From assembly GCA_963675295.2 (NCBI GenBank), contig CAXXKJ010000001.1, positions 114,791-178,790 of the forward strand: DNA of 64,000 bases. Direction: 5' to 3'. This document shows positions 1-8,607 of the stretch, piece by piece. Below the pieces are notes generated by a model that was given only the letters and a program-made list of their open reading frames with translations, was not told the origin of the DNA and did not search any database. Both the position numbers and the translations under genes were made by a program. How positions within the stretch are numbered: position 1 is the first letter of the stretch; the number at the start of each line of letters is the position of its first letter. Source of the stretch: a bacterium. GTDB lineage: Bacteria; Electryoneota; Electryoneia; Electryoneales; Electryoneaceae.

Positions 1-1
1 C

Positions 2-646
2 CATGAGGGCGAGTTGGAGTACTTCGGGGACCGGTTCCACACAGTCTCACCGGATTTCCGGGGTACCGGCAGCTCGTCACGGCTGCAACAATGGCCCGGC
101 GACTGGTGGGAAATTTGCGCTGATGATGTCGTGGCGCTATTGGATCATCTCGGCCTCAAGCAGGCTGTCCTGATGGGCACCAGCGGCGGTGCGAACATCG
201 CCTTGTTGACCGCGATCCGGCACCCGGAACGTGTGCTCGCGGTTGTCGCGGACAGCTGCGTCGAAACCTACTCACCGGACAACCTGCGGCAGGAAGTCAA
301 GCAGCGTGAGTTACGCACCGACAATCAGGTGCAGTTCTGGACCTGGGCGAACGGGGACGAGTGGGAGGCGGTTGTAAATGCCGACAGCGGGCTGCTACTT
401 AACCTGGCGGAACAGGGCGGCGACATCTACCGGGGACGGTTGCCACAAATCAAGTGCCCCGTGCTGCTGACCGGATCGCTGCACGATTCATTCCTGCCGG
501 ATATCGAAGCGCAACAGCAACGGATAGCAGAGCAAATCCCGAATTGCCGTGTGGTTCAGCATTCTGACGGCGACCATCCGTTCATGTGGACCAGTCCGGA
601 CCGGTTCCGAGCCGCTGCGGATGAGTTCCTCGCCCGATTTGTCTGA
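2..646 (+). CDS. alpha/beta-fold hydrolase (5' end lies outside window)
   Basis: Reading frame is open from the window edge. Translation has a GTSGG nucleophile elbow and a C-terminal DGDH, the usual alpha/beta hydrolase layout. Confidence 0.8.
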   Translation, partial: HEGELEYFGDRFHTVSPDFRGTGSSSRLQQWPGDWWEICADDVVALLDHLGLKQAVLMGTSGGANIALLTAIRHPERVLAVVADSCVETYSPDNLRQEVKQRELRTDNQVQFWTWANGDEWEAVVNADSGLLLNLAEQGGDIYRGRLPQIKCPVLLTGSLHDSFLPDIEAQQQRIAEQIPNCRVVQHSDGDHPFMWTSPDRFRAAADEFLARFV

Positions 647-675
647 CACGGTGTGCGTCGAACAGTAGTCAGAAG

Positions 676-2058
676 CTACCCGGACCGTCCATCACCAACT
701 TCCAGGTCGATCTCCAGCGCCTGCATCTTGCGGTAGAGGGTGCTCGGGTCGATGCCGAGCTGGGCGGCCGTTTTGCCGCGGTGGCCGTTGAACCGGCGTA
801 ACGCGTTCTCGATCAAAGCGCGTTCCATCTCCCGCAACGACATCCCCTCCAGCGCGGTCAGGCGATCATCCGCCTCGCCGCGAAATTCCTCCGGCAGGTG
901 CATTGGTTCGATCACCCCGCCACGGCTCAACACGAACGCCTGTTCGAGGATATTCTCCAATTCACGCACATTGCCCGGATAGTCGTAGGCGATGAGACGC
1001 GCGAGGGTCGCTTCGCTGACACCGGAACTGTCACGATTCTGCAGCCGGGCGATCCGTGCCAGCAGGTGATTGACCAGCAATGGGATGTCGCCACGGCGTT
1101 CCCGCAACGGCGGCAGCTGCAGCTGAATCACCCGCACACGATAGTACAGATCCTCACGGAACGTACCACGCTTCACGTCGCGCTTGAGGTTGTGATGCGT
1201 CGCCGCGACCACGCGCACATCCACCGGAATTGTCTCGACAGAACCCAGCGGTTCGATCACCCGTTCCTGCAGCACCCGCAGCAGCCGCACCTGCATCGCG
1301 GGCGAAATGTCACCGATTTCGTCGAGGAAAATGGTGCCGCCCTGCGCGCGCTGGAACCGGCCCGGCTTGTCCTGGTGGGCGTCGGTGAACGCCCCTTTCA
1401 CATGCCCGAACAACTCGGATTCGAGCAACGTGTCCGGCAGTGACGCACAGTTCACCGCGACAAAAGGCTTGTCTTTACGCGGGGACAGGTTGTGAATTGC
1501 ACGCGCGAACAGCTCTTTCCCGGTGCCGCTCTCGCCAACCAGCAGCACCGTGCTCGCGCTCTCCGCGATCTGCGGCAGGATGTCGAACAACTCCCGCATC
1601 GGGGCTGAGCGGCCAACGATATCCTCGAACGTGTACCGCGCTTCCAGCTCCTTGCGCAATTGTTCGACACGGCTGAGATCCTGCATCGTCTCAACCCCGC
1701 CGATCACATCACCGGCCTCGTCACGCAGCAACGCCGTCGACAGTCGCACCGGCACACGATCCCCATCGTTGTTGACAATGTGCGCGACAGCGTTCATCAC
1801 CGGCTTGCTCGATTCCAGCGTACGCCTTAACGCGCAACGGGTTTCGCAGATATCGGTGTGGAAAATTTCCCAGCACGGCTGCCCGAGTGCGTCCTCACGC
1901 GTCACCCCGGTCAACTGCTCTGCGATGCGGTTGAAGGAGGTGATGCGCCAGTCCGGATCGACAGTAAACACCCCTTCGTTGATCGAATCCAGGATCGTCT
2001 GCTCACGGTTGATCCGTTGCGCTGTCATCGTCCCGTCCTCCGGCTTGCAGTCCGCCAT
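676..2058 (-). CDS. sigma-54-dependent transcriptional activator (PAS sensor + AAA+ + Fis-type HTH)
   Basis: [15 protein letters not shown] Walker A, GAFTDA, ESELFGH, C-terminal HTH ([15 protein letters not shown]). N-terminal PAS with a C-x8-C-x3-C motif. Start moved to MADCKP (2058) so that the 25-bp palindrome at 2071-2095 is intergenic; the ORF itself extends to 2121. Confidence 0.9.
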   Translation of the reverse strand: MADCKPEDGTMTAQRINREQTILDSINEGVFTVDPDWRITSFNRIAEQLTGVTREDALGQPCWEIFHTDICETRCALRRTLESSKPVMNAVAHIVNNDGDRVPVRLSTALLRDEAGDVIGGVETMQDLSRVEQLRKELEARYTFEDIVGRSAPMRELFDILPQIAESASTVLLVGESGTGKELFARAIHNLSPRKDKPFVAVNCASLPDTLLESELFGHVKGAFTDAHQDKPGRFQRAQGGTIFLDEIGDISPAMQVRLLRVLQERVIEPLGSVETIPVDVRVVAATHHNLKRDVKRGTFREDLYYRVRVIQLQLPPLRERRGDIPLLVNHLLARIARLQNRDSSGVSEATLARLIAYDYPGNVRELENILEQAFVLSRGGVIEPMHLPEEFRGEADDRLTALEGMSLREMERALIENALRRFNGHRGKTAAQLGIDPSTLYRKMQALEIDLEVGDGRSG

Positions 2059-2070
2059 AATCTGCACGAA

Positions 2071-2095
2071 TGATTCTTGCAAAATGCAAGAATCA
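2071..2095. promoter_or_regulatory. perfect 25-bp palindrome TGATTCTTGCA-AAA-TGCAAGAATCA, candidate enhancer (UAS) / autoregulatory site
   Basis: Read directly: 11-bp arms with a 3-bp spacer. It lies 13 bp upstream of the activator start and about 115-140 bp upstream of the sigma-54 promoter at 2212. Confidence 0.5.
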
Positions 2096-2211
2096 TGTTT
2101 CACGACTCGTGCAAGATACAAAAATCATCTAATCAAGTACAACATGAAGCTCTCTTCGTAATAGCATTATAAATAGGTAAATACGGAGTTGCCAGTATGT
2201 GTACCAGGAAT

Positions 2212-2226
2212 TGGCCCGCTTTCTGC
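2212..2226 (+). promoter_or_regulatory. sigma-54 (-24/-12) promoter TGGCCCG-CTTT-CTGC
   Basis: Matches TGGCACG-N4-TTGC with correct GG-N10-GC spacing. Caveat: the -12 GC is only 13 nt before the ATG at 2239, implying a leaderless or very short-leader mRNA. Confidence 0.5.
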
Positions 2227-2238
2227 CCTGCATCAGGC

Positions 2239-2619
2239 ATGAAGGTGGCAATACCGCAATGGATGGGGCGAGTCTCCCCAGTGCTGGATGTGGCGAACCG
2301 GCTCGTGATCTGTGAACGGACCGAGCGTGGCGACATCATCCGGGAAGACATCCTGCTCGCGGACAACGATCCGTACACCCGCGCCGAAACGTTGCGTGCG
2401 CTGGGGATCACGGAGGTGGTCTGCGGAACCTTGTCGCGCGGTTTGCGGCGGGCGCTGCAGGCGGCCGGGATTGACATCTACCCGCATGTGCGGGGCGACA
2501 TCGAGCAGGTGGTGGACGCCTGTCTGAACGGATCCATCGCGAGTGACGACTTCCGCATGCCCGGCTGCGGGCATGGGCGGCGGCACGGCATGCGCCACCG
2601 TCGGGGACGACACCGGTAA
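2239..2619 (+). CDS. NifB/NifX/NafY-type (dinitrogenase FeMo-cofactor-binding fold) small protein
   Basis: N-terminus MKVAIPQ...RVSPVLDVA and length are typical of the family. The ORF-track start at 2197 is rejected in favour of MKVAIP. Confidence 0.75.
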   Translation: MKVAIPQWMGRVSPVLDVANRLVICERTERGDIIREDILLADNDPYTRAETLRALGITEVVCGTLSRGLRRALQAAGIDIYPHVRGDIEQVVDACLNGSIASDDFRMPGCGHGRRHGMRHRRGRHR

Positions 2620-2648
2620 CACAACAAGAAATACGAAGGAGCAGAACG

Positions 2649-3047
2649 ATGGCAAAGGGAAACAAGAAAGGCCCGTACAATCAGGGACCGATGACCGGCC
2701 GTGGAATGGGCTACTGCGCCGGTTTCCATGAACCGGGCTACATGAACCCCGGTTTCGGCGGTGGACGCGGCCGTGGGTTTGGTGGCGGCGGAGGCATGGG
2801 CTGGCGTCACGGTCAGGGCGGCGGCGGTGGACGTGGTCGCGGCTTTGGCTGGGGCGGCGGCATGGGACGCGGATTCCATCCCGGTATGGCAGTGCCGCCG
2901 TGGGCGGAACAGGGCTATCCGGGCTACGAGGACGAGGATGAACTCGAGTTCCTCAAAACGCAGGCGAAGTCGTACGAGAGCGACCTCAAGACGATTCGCA
3001 AGCGGATGGATTCGCTCGAACGCGACATGAAGCAGGACAAGGACTAA
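2649..3047 (+). CDS. DUF5320-type Gly/Arg-rich protein with C-terminal coiled coil
   Basis: GPMTGRGMGYCAGF motif, GGGRGRGFGGGGG tracts, and a C-terminal ELEFLKTQAKSYESDLKTIRKRMDSLE helix. Confidence 0.7.
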   Translation: MAKGNKKGPYNQGPMTGRGMGYCAGFHEPGYMNPGFGGGRGRGFGGGGGMGWRHGQGGGGGRGRGFGWGGGMGRGFHPGMAVPPWAEQGYPGYEDEDELEFLKTQAKSYESDLKTIRKRMDSLERDMKQDKD

Positions 3048-3087
3048 CCGCCGGACCGGTTCACACCGTTTCAGCGGAGGAGGCACT

Positions 3088-3519
3088 ATGAGCCCGCGAG
3101 GACGAGGATTCGGCCGAGGAATGGGCGGAGGAGGCCGTGGACACGGCGGGGGACGGGCACACCGTCTCCGGGATGGATCCTGCCGGGGTGGATCTGTCCT
3201 TTCACCGGGCAACGTGGAACGGAACGCCGCCGCGATCAAGGCGGCATCCACCGTCGCGCTACCGTTGCTGAAGCTGGCCGGACAAGCCTTGCTGCAGGCG
3301 ACGCGCGGCCTGCTGGAACGTGCGCGGCAACGCCCAGAAACCGCCCGGATTGAGACGACTGTTCGTTCGGCGAACCGTGAACTCGCGACACAGCAGGAAC
3401 CGGAGCAGATCGAGGTGATCGACGTGGAAGCGTTGCCTGTGGACGAGGACAACAAAGATGGCCGCTATCTGGATACGGCACCGCGGACATCTGTACGGGA
3501 TTCCGGTGCAACGGAGTGA
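3088..3519 (+). CDS. hypothetical RG-rich protein
   Basis: Strong RBS GGAGGAGG 6 nt upstream of the ATG. N-terminus PRGRGFGRGMGGGGRGHGGG followed by a helical region. No family recognised. Confidence 0.55.
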   Translation: MSPRGRGFGRGMGGGGRGHGGGRAHRLRDGSCRGGSVLSPGNVERNAAAIKAASTVALPLLKLAGQALLQATRGLLERARQRPETARIETTVRSANRELATQQEPEQIEVIDVEALPVDEDNKDGRYLDTAPRTSVRDSGATE

Positions 3520-3521
3520 GG

Positions 3522-3884
3522 ATGACCATGCGAATTGCATTCACAACATCCGGCGATTCGTTGCAGGCAGCATTCGAACCTCATGTCGCACGGGCGAGTC
3601 ACATCCTGCTGTACGACAGATCCAGTGGGATGTTCGAGGTCCTGCCGGGTTGCCAGCCCGCAAGCCGGGACCAGCAACCCGGGGTGCAGCTCGCGCACGC
3701 TTTGCAACGGATCGGCGTCGATACACTGGTGACCGGGCATGGTGACGCTCAAGACCTCCAACAGTTGAAGTCGGAAGGCATTGACGTTTGCGAACTGGAT
3801 GCGACAACCGTCGCGGATGCGTTCAACCAGTTCAACGCCTTGCACGCGAAAGCGCAAGGAACGGCGTCAGCTCCGCAACACTAA
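3522..3884 (+). CDS. NifB/NifX/NafY-type small protein
   Basis: M(T)MRIAFTTSGDSLQAAFEPHVARASHILLYD is a typical family N-terminus. The ATG lies 3 nt after the upstream stop; 3528 is an alternative start. Confidence 0.75.
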   Translation: MTMRIAFTTSGDSLQAAFEPHVARASHILLYDRSSGMFEVLPGCQPASRDQQPGVQLAHALQRIGVDTLVTGHGDAQDLQQLKSEGIDVCELDATTVADAFNQFNALHAKAQGTASAPQH

Positions 3885-3950
3885 TGTCGAGCCGCAGCCT
3901 TGTGAATCCGACTGGACCCGGACCTGTGCCGGGGTAAACCGAGGGGCAGC

Positions 3951-4394
3951 ATGACAAAGATCGCGGTCATCATCTGTGACCGGTACCGCAACTGCGGTGG
4001 GGGAAAGTGCTTCCGGGCGCTGCGGGAGCGGAAGGGCGGTTTTACACGCTATCCGGCGGATGAGGACGTCGAGATCGTCGGGTATTCCACCTGCGGCGGT
4101 TGTCCCGGCGGCAACATCGAGTATGTCCCCGCCGAGTTCAAGAAGAACGGCGCCGAGGTGGTGCATCTGGCGACCGGATTCGTGGTGGGGTACCCTCCGT
4201 GCCCGTACCTGGCCGGGTTCAAGACCTACATCGAGACGATTCATCACCTGCCGGTTGTGGTCGGGACGCACCCGATCCCGCTGAAATACCTGCAGGCACA
4301 TGAACAGCTTCCCTTCTGGAAAGATTCCGGCATGCGAGAGCTTGCGGGCGAGCTGATGGACGAGTCGGCAGATACGATGGAAGCCTACAACTGA
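3951..4394 (+). CDS. CGGC domain-containing protein
   Basis: MTKIAVIICDRYRNCGGGKC ... STCGGCPGGNIEY, the Cys pattern of the CGGC family. Confidence 0.8.
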   Translation: MTKIAVIICDRYRNCGGGKCFRALRERKGGFTRYPADEDVEIVGYSTCGGCPGGNIEYVPAEFKKNGAEVVHLATGFVVGYPPCPYLAGFKTYIETIHHLPVVVGTHPIPLKYLQAHEQLPFWKDSGMRELAGELMDESADTMEAYN

Positions 4395-4410
4395 TACGAG
4401 GACCAGCAAC

Positions 4411-4773
4411 GTGAAAATCGCGGTTACGACATCCGGTACCGATCTGAACGCTCCATTCGAAGCACGCTTCGGTCGTGCGGCCTGCTTTCTCATCTACGAT
4501 CTCGAGCAGTCGGCGTTTGAAATCATCGACAACCAGGCGAACGCGCAAGCCGCTCGTGGCGCGGGAATCCAGGCGGCGCAGTCGGTGTGCCAGCGTGGCG
4601 CTCAGGTGTTGTTGACCGGCCATTGCGGGCCGAAGGCGTGGGATGTACTTCAGGCGGCTGGGGTTGAGGTGTTCAACATCGAGGCGACCACGGTGGCGAA
4701 CGCGTTGGAACAGTACAACAACGGATCGCTTACGCCAGCCGGGGGCGCCAATGTCCAAGGACACTGGTCATGA
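4411..4773 (+). CDS. NifB/NifX/NafY-type small protein
   Basis: GTG start preceded by GAGGA. (M)KIAVTTSGTDLNAPFEARFGRAACFLIYDL. Confidence 0.8.
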   Translation: MKIAVTTSGTDLNAPFEARFGRAACFLIYDLEQSAFEIIDNQANAQAARGAGIQAAQSVCQRGAQVLLTGHCGPKAWDVLQAAGVEVFNIEATTVANALEQYNNGSLTPAGGANVQGHWS

Positions 4774-5297
4774 GCCAATCCCTCACCCTGCACCCGATCG
4801 GCGTCATCCGAAGCGTACACACCGAGCCGGAGAAGACACCGATCCAGCCGATGTTCGCGCAGGATTGCATCGGAACCGTCGTTGTGGACGAGAAATACCT
4901 CGACGCACTCGCCGATATCGACCGCTTCTCGCATCTTTACCTGATTTACTGGCTGCACAAGGCCGGACCGGTGAAGTTGAAGCTGAAGCCGTTCCTGAGT
5001 GACGACATTCGCGGGTTGTTCGCGACACGAGCACCGAGCCGCCCCAACCCGATCGGGATGAGCATCGTCGAGCTGATCAGCCGGGACGAAAACATCCTCG
5101 ATGTGCGCGGCGTGGACATCCTCGATGGGACCCCGTTGCTGGATATCAAGCCATACACCGAACGGTTTGACAATGTGCAGACCCGCCGCAACGGCTGGCA
5201 GGACAGGTTGGACGACGAAACCGCGGAACGGTTGGGAAGACGCAACTACCAGCCCGCTCCACCTGTACCCGAACATGAAAATAGACGGAAGGATTGA
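4770..5297 (+). CDS. TsaA/TrmO (YaeB, UPF0066) family SAM-dependent methyltransferase-fold protein
   Basis: HPIGVIRS..., RAPSRPNPIGMSIV, LDGTPLLDIKPY. ATGA start/stop overlap with the upstream gene. Confidence 0.85.
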   Translation: MSQSLTLHPIGVIRSVHTEPEKTPIQPMFAQDCIGTVVVDEKYLDALADIDRFSHLYLIYWLHKAGPVKLKLKPFLSDDIRGLFATRAPSRPNPIGMSIVELISRDENILDVRGVDILDGTPLLDIKPYTERFDNVQTRRNGWQDRLDDETAERLGRRNYQPAPPVPEHENRRKD

Positions 5298-5303
5298 CCC
5301 ACG

Positions 5304-6176
5304 ATGAAACTCGTGATCGCCAGCGGGAAAGGCGGCGCCGGTAAGACGATGGTCGCGACCAACCTGGCTTGGACTGCCGCGCAACAAGGCATCGACACGG
5401 CCTTTCTCGACTGCGATGTGGAAGAACCGAACGCCGCGCTGTTTCTCAAGCCGGAGATCGATAACGTTTTGCCGGTGCACGTACCGACGCCGGTGATCAA
5501 CCAGGACGCGTGTACGCACTGCGGGCTGTGTTCCGATATCTGCCGCTACAACGCGCTCGCCGTGCTCAGCGACAAGGTGCTGTTGTTCAACGAATTGTGC
5601 CACTCCTGCGGCGGATGCGTGCATGTCTGCCCGGAGCACGCGATCCACGAGGAACCGCGCCTTGTCGGACACATCGACGTTGGCCAGTCCGGCACGCTGA
5701 AGGTCCGTTCCGGTGTGCTCAAGGTGGGGGAGGCAATCGCTCCGCCGGTGGTGAAGGCGGTGAAACAGCAGGCTGGCGACGAAACCCTGACCATCCTCGA
5801 CTCCCCGCCCGGAACCGCCTGCCCGGCGGTGGAAACGGTGCGTGATGCCGACTTCGTGCTCTTCGTCGGCGAAGCGACACCGTTTGGACGGCACGATCTC
5901 GCGCTCGCGATCGACCTCGCGGAAGCGCTGAAACGACCGTTCGCCGTGATGCTGAACCGTGCCGATCTCGACCATGGCGAGACGAAACGCTGGTGCGAGG
6001 AGAAGGGATACAGCGTCCTTGCGGAAATCAACGAGGACCGGCGGATCGCTGAAACCTGCTCAAGCGGCGCGCTGGTCGTGGACACACTTCCCGACTACCA
6101 GGAGGTGTTCAGCAAACTGCTGGTGGATGTGAATGCGGCGGCGGGGATCACCACAAACGAACAGGTGCGCGGATGA
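5304..6176 (+). CDS. MinD/ParA/Mrp-type P-loop ATPase with inserted 2x[4Fe-4S] ferredoxin domain
   Basis: Deviant Walker A SGKGGAGKT. CTHCGLCSDIC and CHSCGGCVHVCP ferredoxin motifs. Confidence 0.85.
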   Translation: MKLVIASGKGGAGKTMVATNLAWTAAQQGIDTAFLDCDVEEPNAALFLKPEIDNVLPVHVPTPVINQDACTHCGLCSDICRYNALAVLSDKVLLFNELCHSCGGCVHVCPEHAIHEEPRLVGHIDVGQSGTLKVRSGVLKVGEAIAPPVVKAVKQQAGDETLTILDSPPGTACPAVETVRDADFVLFVGEATPFGRHDLALAIDLAEALKRPFAVMLNRADLDHGETKRWCEEKGYSVLAEINEDRRIAETCSSGALVVDTLPDYQEVFSKLLVDVNAAAGITTNEQVRG

Positions 6177-7072
6177 AACCGACGGAACTGGTTGTGATCA
6201 GCGGCAAGGGCGGAACCGGCAAAACGTCGCTGGTGGCGGCGTTCGCCACGCTGGCTGCTGAATGTGTCCTGGCGGATTGTGATGTGGACGCGTCCAACCT
6301 GCACCTGATCCACCACTCGGAGCTGGTGCTGCGCGAACCGTTCTCCGGACGCGTGCGTGCATCGATTGATCCGGATCGCTGCACCGACTGTGGCATCTGC
6401 GAAACCCTGTGCCGCTTCGACGCGATCCAGCCATCGGGTGGAAACGGATTCACGCCGGTTTTCCACCCGACGATCAACCCGCATCTGTGCGAGGGGTGCG
6501 GCGTGTGCGCGTGGTTCTGCCCGGAAAAGGCGATTGACCTCTACGACGGCGAGGACGGGCACGTGCTGCTGTCCAAAACCCGTTGCGGGCCGATGGCGCA
6601 CGCCCGGCTCGGCGTCGCCGGCGAAAATTCCGGTAAGCTGGTTGGCCTGGTCCGTGAACAGGCACGCGAGCTGGCCGTCATGCGCGAGCTGGACACCATC
6701 CTGATTGACGGGTCTCCCGGGATCGGCTGCCCGGTGATCGCGTCCCTGACCGGCGCGGACATGGCGCTGATCGTGACCGAGCCGAGCGTCAGCGGCGTGC
6801 ACGACATGAAGCGCATCGCCGAACTGGCCGCGGGTTTCGGCATTCCGACGCTGGTCGCCGTCAACCGCTGGGATGTCAACCCGCAGTTGACTGATGAGAT
6901 TGAATCGCTGGCGGTCAAACATGGCCTTGAGTTCGCGGGACGGGTTCGCTACGACACCGCGTTCAGCCGGGCGCAGCTCGAGGGCAAATCGGTGCTGGAT
7001 ATCGAAAGCAACGACCTCGCGGATGATATCAAGCAGGTGTGGTCGGTCGTGGAGGCGCGGCTCCACAATTGA
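6173..7072 (+). CDS. MinD/ParA/Mrp-type P-loop ATPase with inserted 2x[4Fe-4S] ferredoxin domain (paralog)
   Basis: SGKGGTGKT; CTDCGICETLC and CEGCGVCAWFCP. ATGA overlap with the upstream gene. Confidence 0.85.
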   Translation: MKPTELVVISGKGGTGKTSLVAAFATLAAECVLADCDVDASNLHLIHHSELVLREPFSGRVRASIDPDRCTDCGICETLCRFDAIQPSGGNGFTPVFHPTINPHLCEGCGVCAWFCPEKAIDLYDGEDGHVLLSKTRCGPMAHARLGVAGENSGKLVGLVREQARELAVMRELDTILIDGSPGIGCPVIASLTGADMALIVTEPSVSGVHDMKRIAELAAGFGIPTLVAVNRWDVNPQLTDEIESLAVKHGLEFAGRVRYDTAFSRAQLEGKSVLDIESNDLADDIKQVWSVVEARLHN

Positions 7073-7088
7073 CGGAGGAGCTTCAGCC

Positions 7089-8009
7089 ATGAAACATGTT
7101 TATGGGCCTGTGCCCTCTAGGCGGTTGGGCAGGTCACTGGGTATCGACCTGGTCCCATACAAAACATGCAGTTTCGACTGCATTTACTGCCAGTTGAAAC
7201 GTACGACTCTGCTGACGACTGAGCGCCGCGAATGGTATCCGCTGGACGACGTAGTGGAGGACGTTAAAAGCAGCCTGTCGCAAGAGTTCGATTACATCAC
7301 TCTGAGCGGGTCCGGCGATCCCACGCTCTACAGTCGGCTGGGAGAATTGATCGACCGGATTCATTCACTGACGGATCGTCCTGTCGCAGTGCTGACCAAC
7401 GGATCGCTGCTCTGGCGGGAGGATGTGCGGCAGGAGCTGAAGGAGGCTGACCTGTTGATCCCTTCGCTGGACGCCGGGGATGAAGAAACCTTCCAGTTGG
7501 TCAACCGGCCCACTGATGAGTTGAACCTGGGCTTGATCGTCGAGGGTTTGATCCAGACCCGGGAACAGTTCCGCGGCGAGCTGTGGCTCGAGATCATGTT
7601 GGTGAATGAATGGAACACGTCCGATGAGCAGGTCCAACGGATTGCCGACCAGATTCGTTGGATTCGACCGAACCACGTGCAGCTGAACACCGTGATCCGG
7701 CCTGCAACCGAAACGTATGCCGTGGCGGTCCCTCCCGGCCGTCTGGGGAAAATTGCGACTCACTTCTCAAACGCGGACGTGATCGCCGGGTTCTCCTCAG
7801 AAGAGCTGCAAGACGCAAAACTAATGTCCGGAACGGGTGAAGAATCGGTGATGGAAATGCTGATCCGGCGTCCGTGCACGTTGCAGGATTTGTCGGATGG
7901 ACTGCAATGCCACCCCAACGAGGCAGTCAAAGCACTGGACCGCTTGCAGGAAATGGGAAAGATCCGCACACGTGATGTGGATGACAAGATGTATTACCTG
8001 GCGTGCTGA
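7089..8009 (+). CDS. radical SAM protein
   Basis: MKHVYGPVPSRRLGRSLGIDL...CSFDCIYC (Cx3Cx2C). Start set at MKHVYG; the ORF-track start at 6894 overlaps the upstream gene. Confidence 0.85.
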   Translation: MKHVYGPVPSRRLGRSLGIDLVPYKTCSFDCIYCQLKRTTLLTTERREWYPLDDVVEDVKSSLSQEFDYITLSGSGDPTLYSRLGELIDRIHSLTDRPVAVLTNGSLLWREDVRQELKEADLLIPSLDAGDEETFQLVNRPTDELNLGLIVEGLIQTREQFRGELWLEIMLVNEWNTSDEQVQRIADQIRWIRPNHVQLNTVIRPATETYAVAVPPGRLGKIATHFSNADVIAGFSSEELQDAKLMSGTGEESVMEMLIRRPCTLQDLSDGLQCHPNEAVKALDRLQEMGKIRTRDVDDKMYYLAC

Positions 8010-8120
8010 ACCATTAAACAGTGTTGGGTTCGCATAGCCCGGATCAAGTTGAACAAGAACGAACCTGAGGTCACCCCTGACCCTCTCCAATGACACCTTG
8101 ATGCCCACTATAAGACCAAA

Positions 8121-8159
8121 CCGCCCGTGGCATGGACCTTCCCAGTCTGCCACGGGCGG
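8121..8159. terminator. 12-bp-stem hairpin between convergent genes (bidirectional terminator candidate)
   Basis: CCGCCCGTGGCA-N15-TGCCACGGGCGG followed by AATGATTTTG. Confidence 0.5.
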
Positions 8160-8188
8160 AATGATTTTGTCAGAATGGTTGGTTCGAA

Positions 8189-8539
8189 TCAGTCGAGGCC
8201 TTCCTTCTCAAACTGCTTCACAGCCTCATAGGCTTCGATGCCGTAAATCACGGACGGTCCGCCACCCATCAGAATCGCCACGCCGATCGTCTCAAGGATT
8301 TCCTCCCTGGATGCGCCGGCCTTGAGCGAATCGTGCACATGGAACGAGATACACCCGTTACAGCGAACGGTGATGGCGATGCTGAGCGCGATCAACTCCT
8401 TGGTTTTCTTGTCAAGCGCGCCTTTGCCGCCAGCCGCCTGATGAAGCTGGCCGAAGCCTTCCATTACGCCGGGCAGATCCTGATGCAGCCGCTTCATCAT
8501 CCCGACGGTGTGCTTGTAGGTCTCCGGATAGTTGTGCAT
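8189..8539 (-). CDS. carboxymuconolactone decarboxylase / AhpD-like family protein
   Basis: LDKKTKELIALSIAITVRCNGCISFHV (CxxC AhpD-like motif). 116 aa. Confidence 0.85.
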   Translation of the reverse strand: MHNYPETYKHTVGMMKRLHQDLPGVMEGFGQLHQAAGGKGALDKKTKELIALSIAITVRCNGCISFHVHDSLKAGASREEILETIGVAILMGGGPSVIYGIEAYEAVKQFEKEGLD

Positions 8540-8607
8540 CGTCTCCTCCTTTTACCAGTCAGGTAGCCATGCAAGAGTTTCAGCGAAATTCGTCCTGTTG
8601 AATCCAT

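Noticed and set aside
2197-2238. ORF-track start at 2197 for the first NifX-like gene, and at 2121 for the activator
   Set aside because: The extensions add non-conserved residues and would bury the sigma-54 promoter and the 25-bp palindrome inside coding sequence. MKVAIP and MADCKP starts fit family N-termini and the intergenic architecture better.
2239-8009. Reading the NifX-like genes as evidence of nitrogen fixation
   Set aside because: No nifH, nifDK, nifEN or nifB-type genes are present in the window. The NifX/NafY fold is widespread outside diazotrophs, so only a generic cluster-carrier role is claimed.
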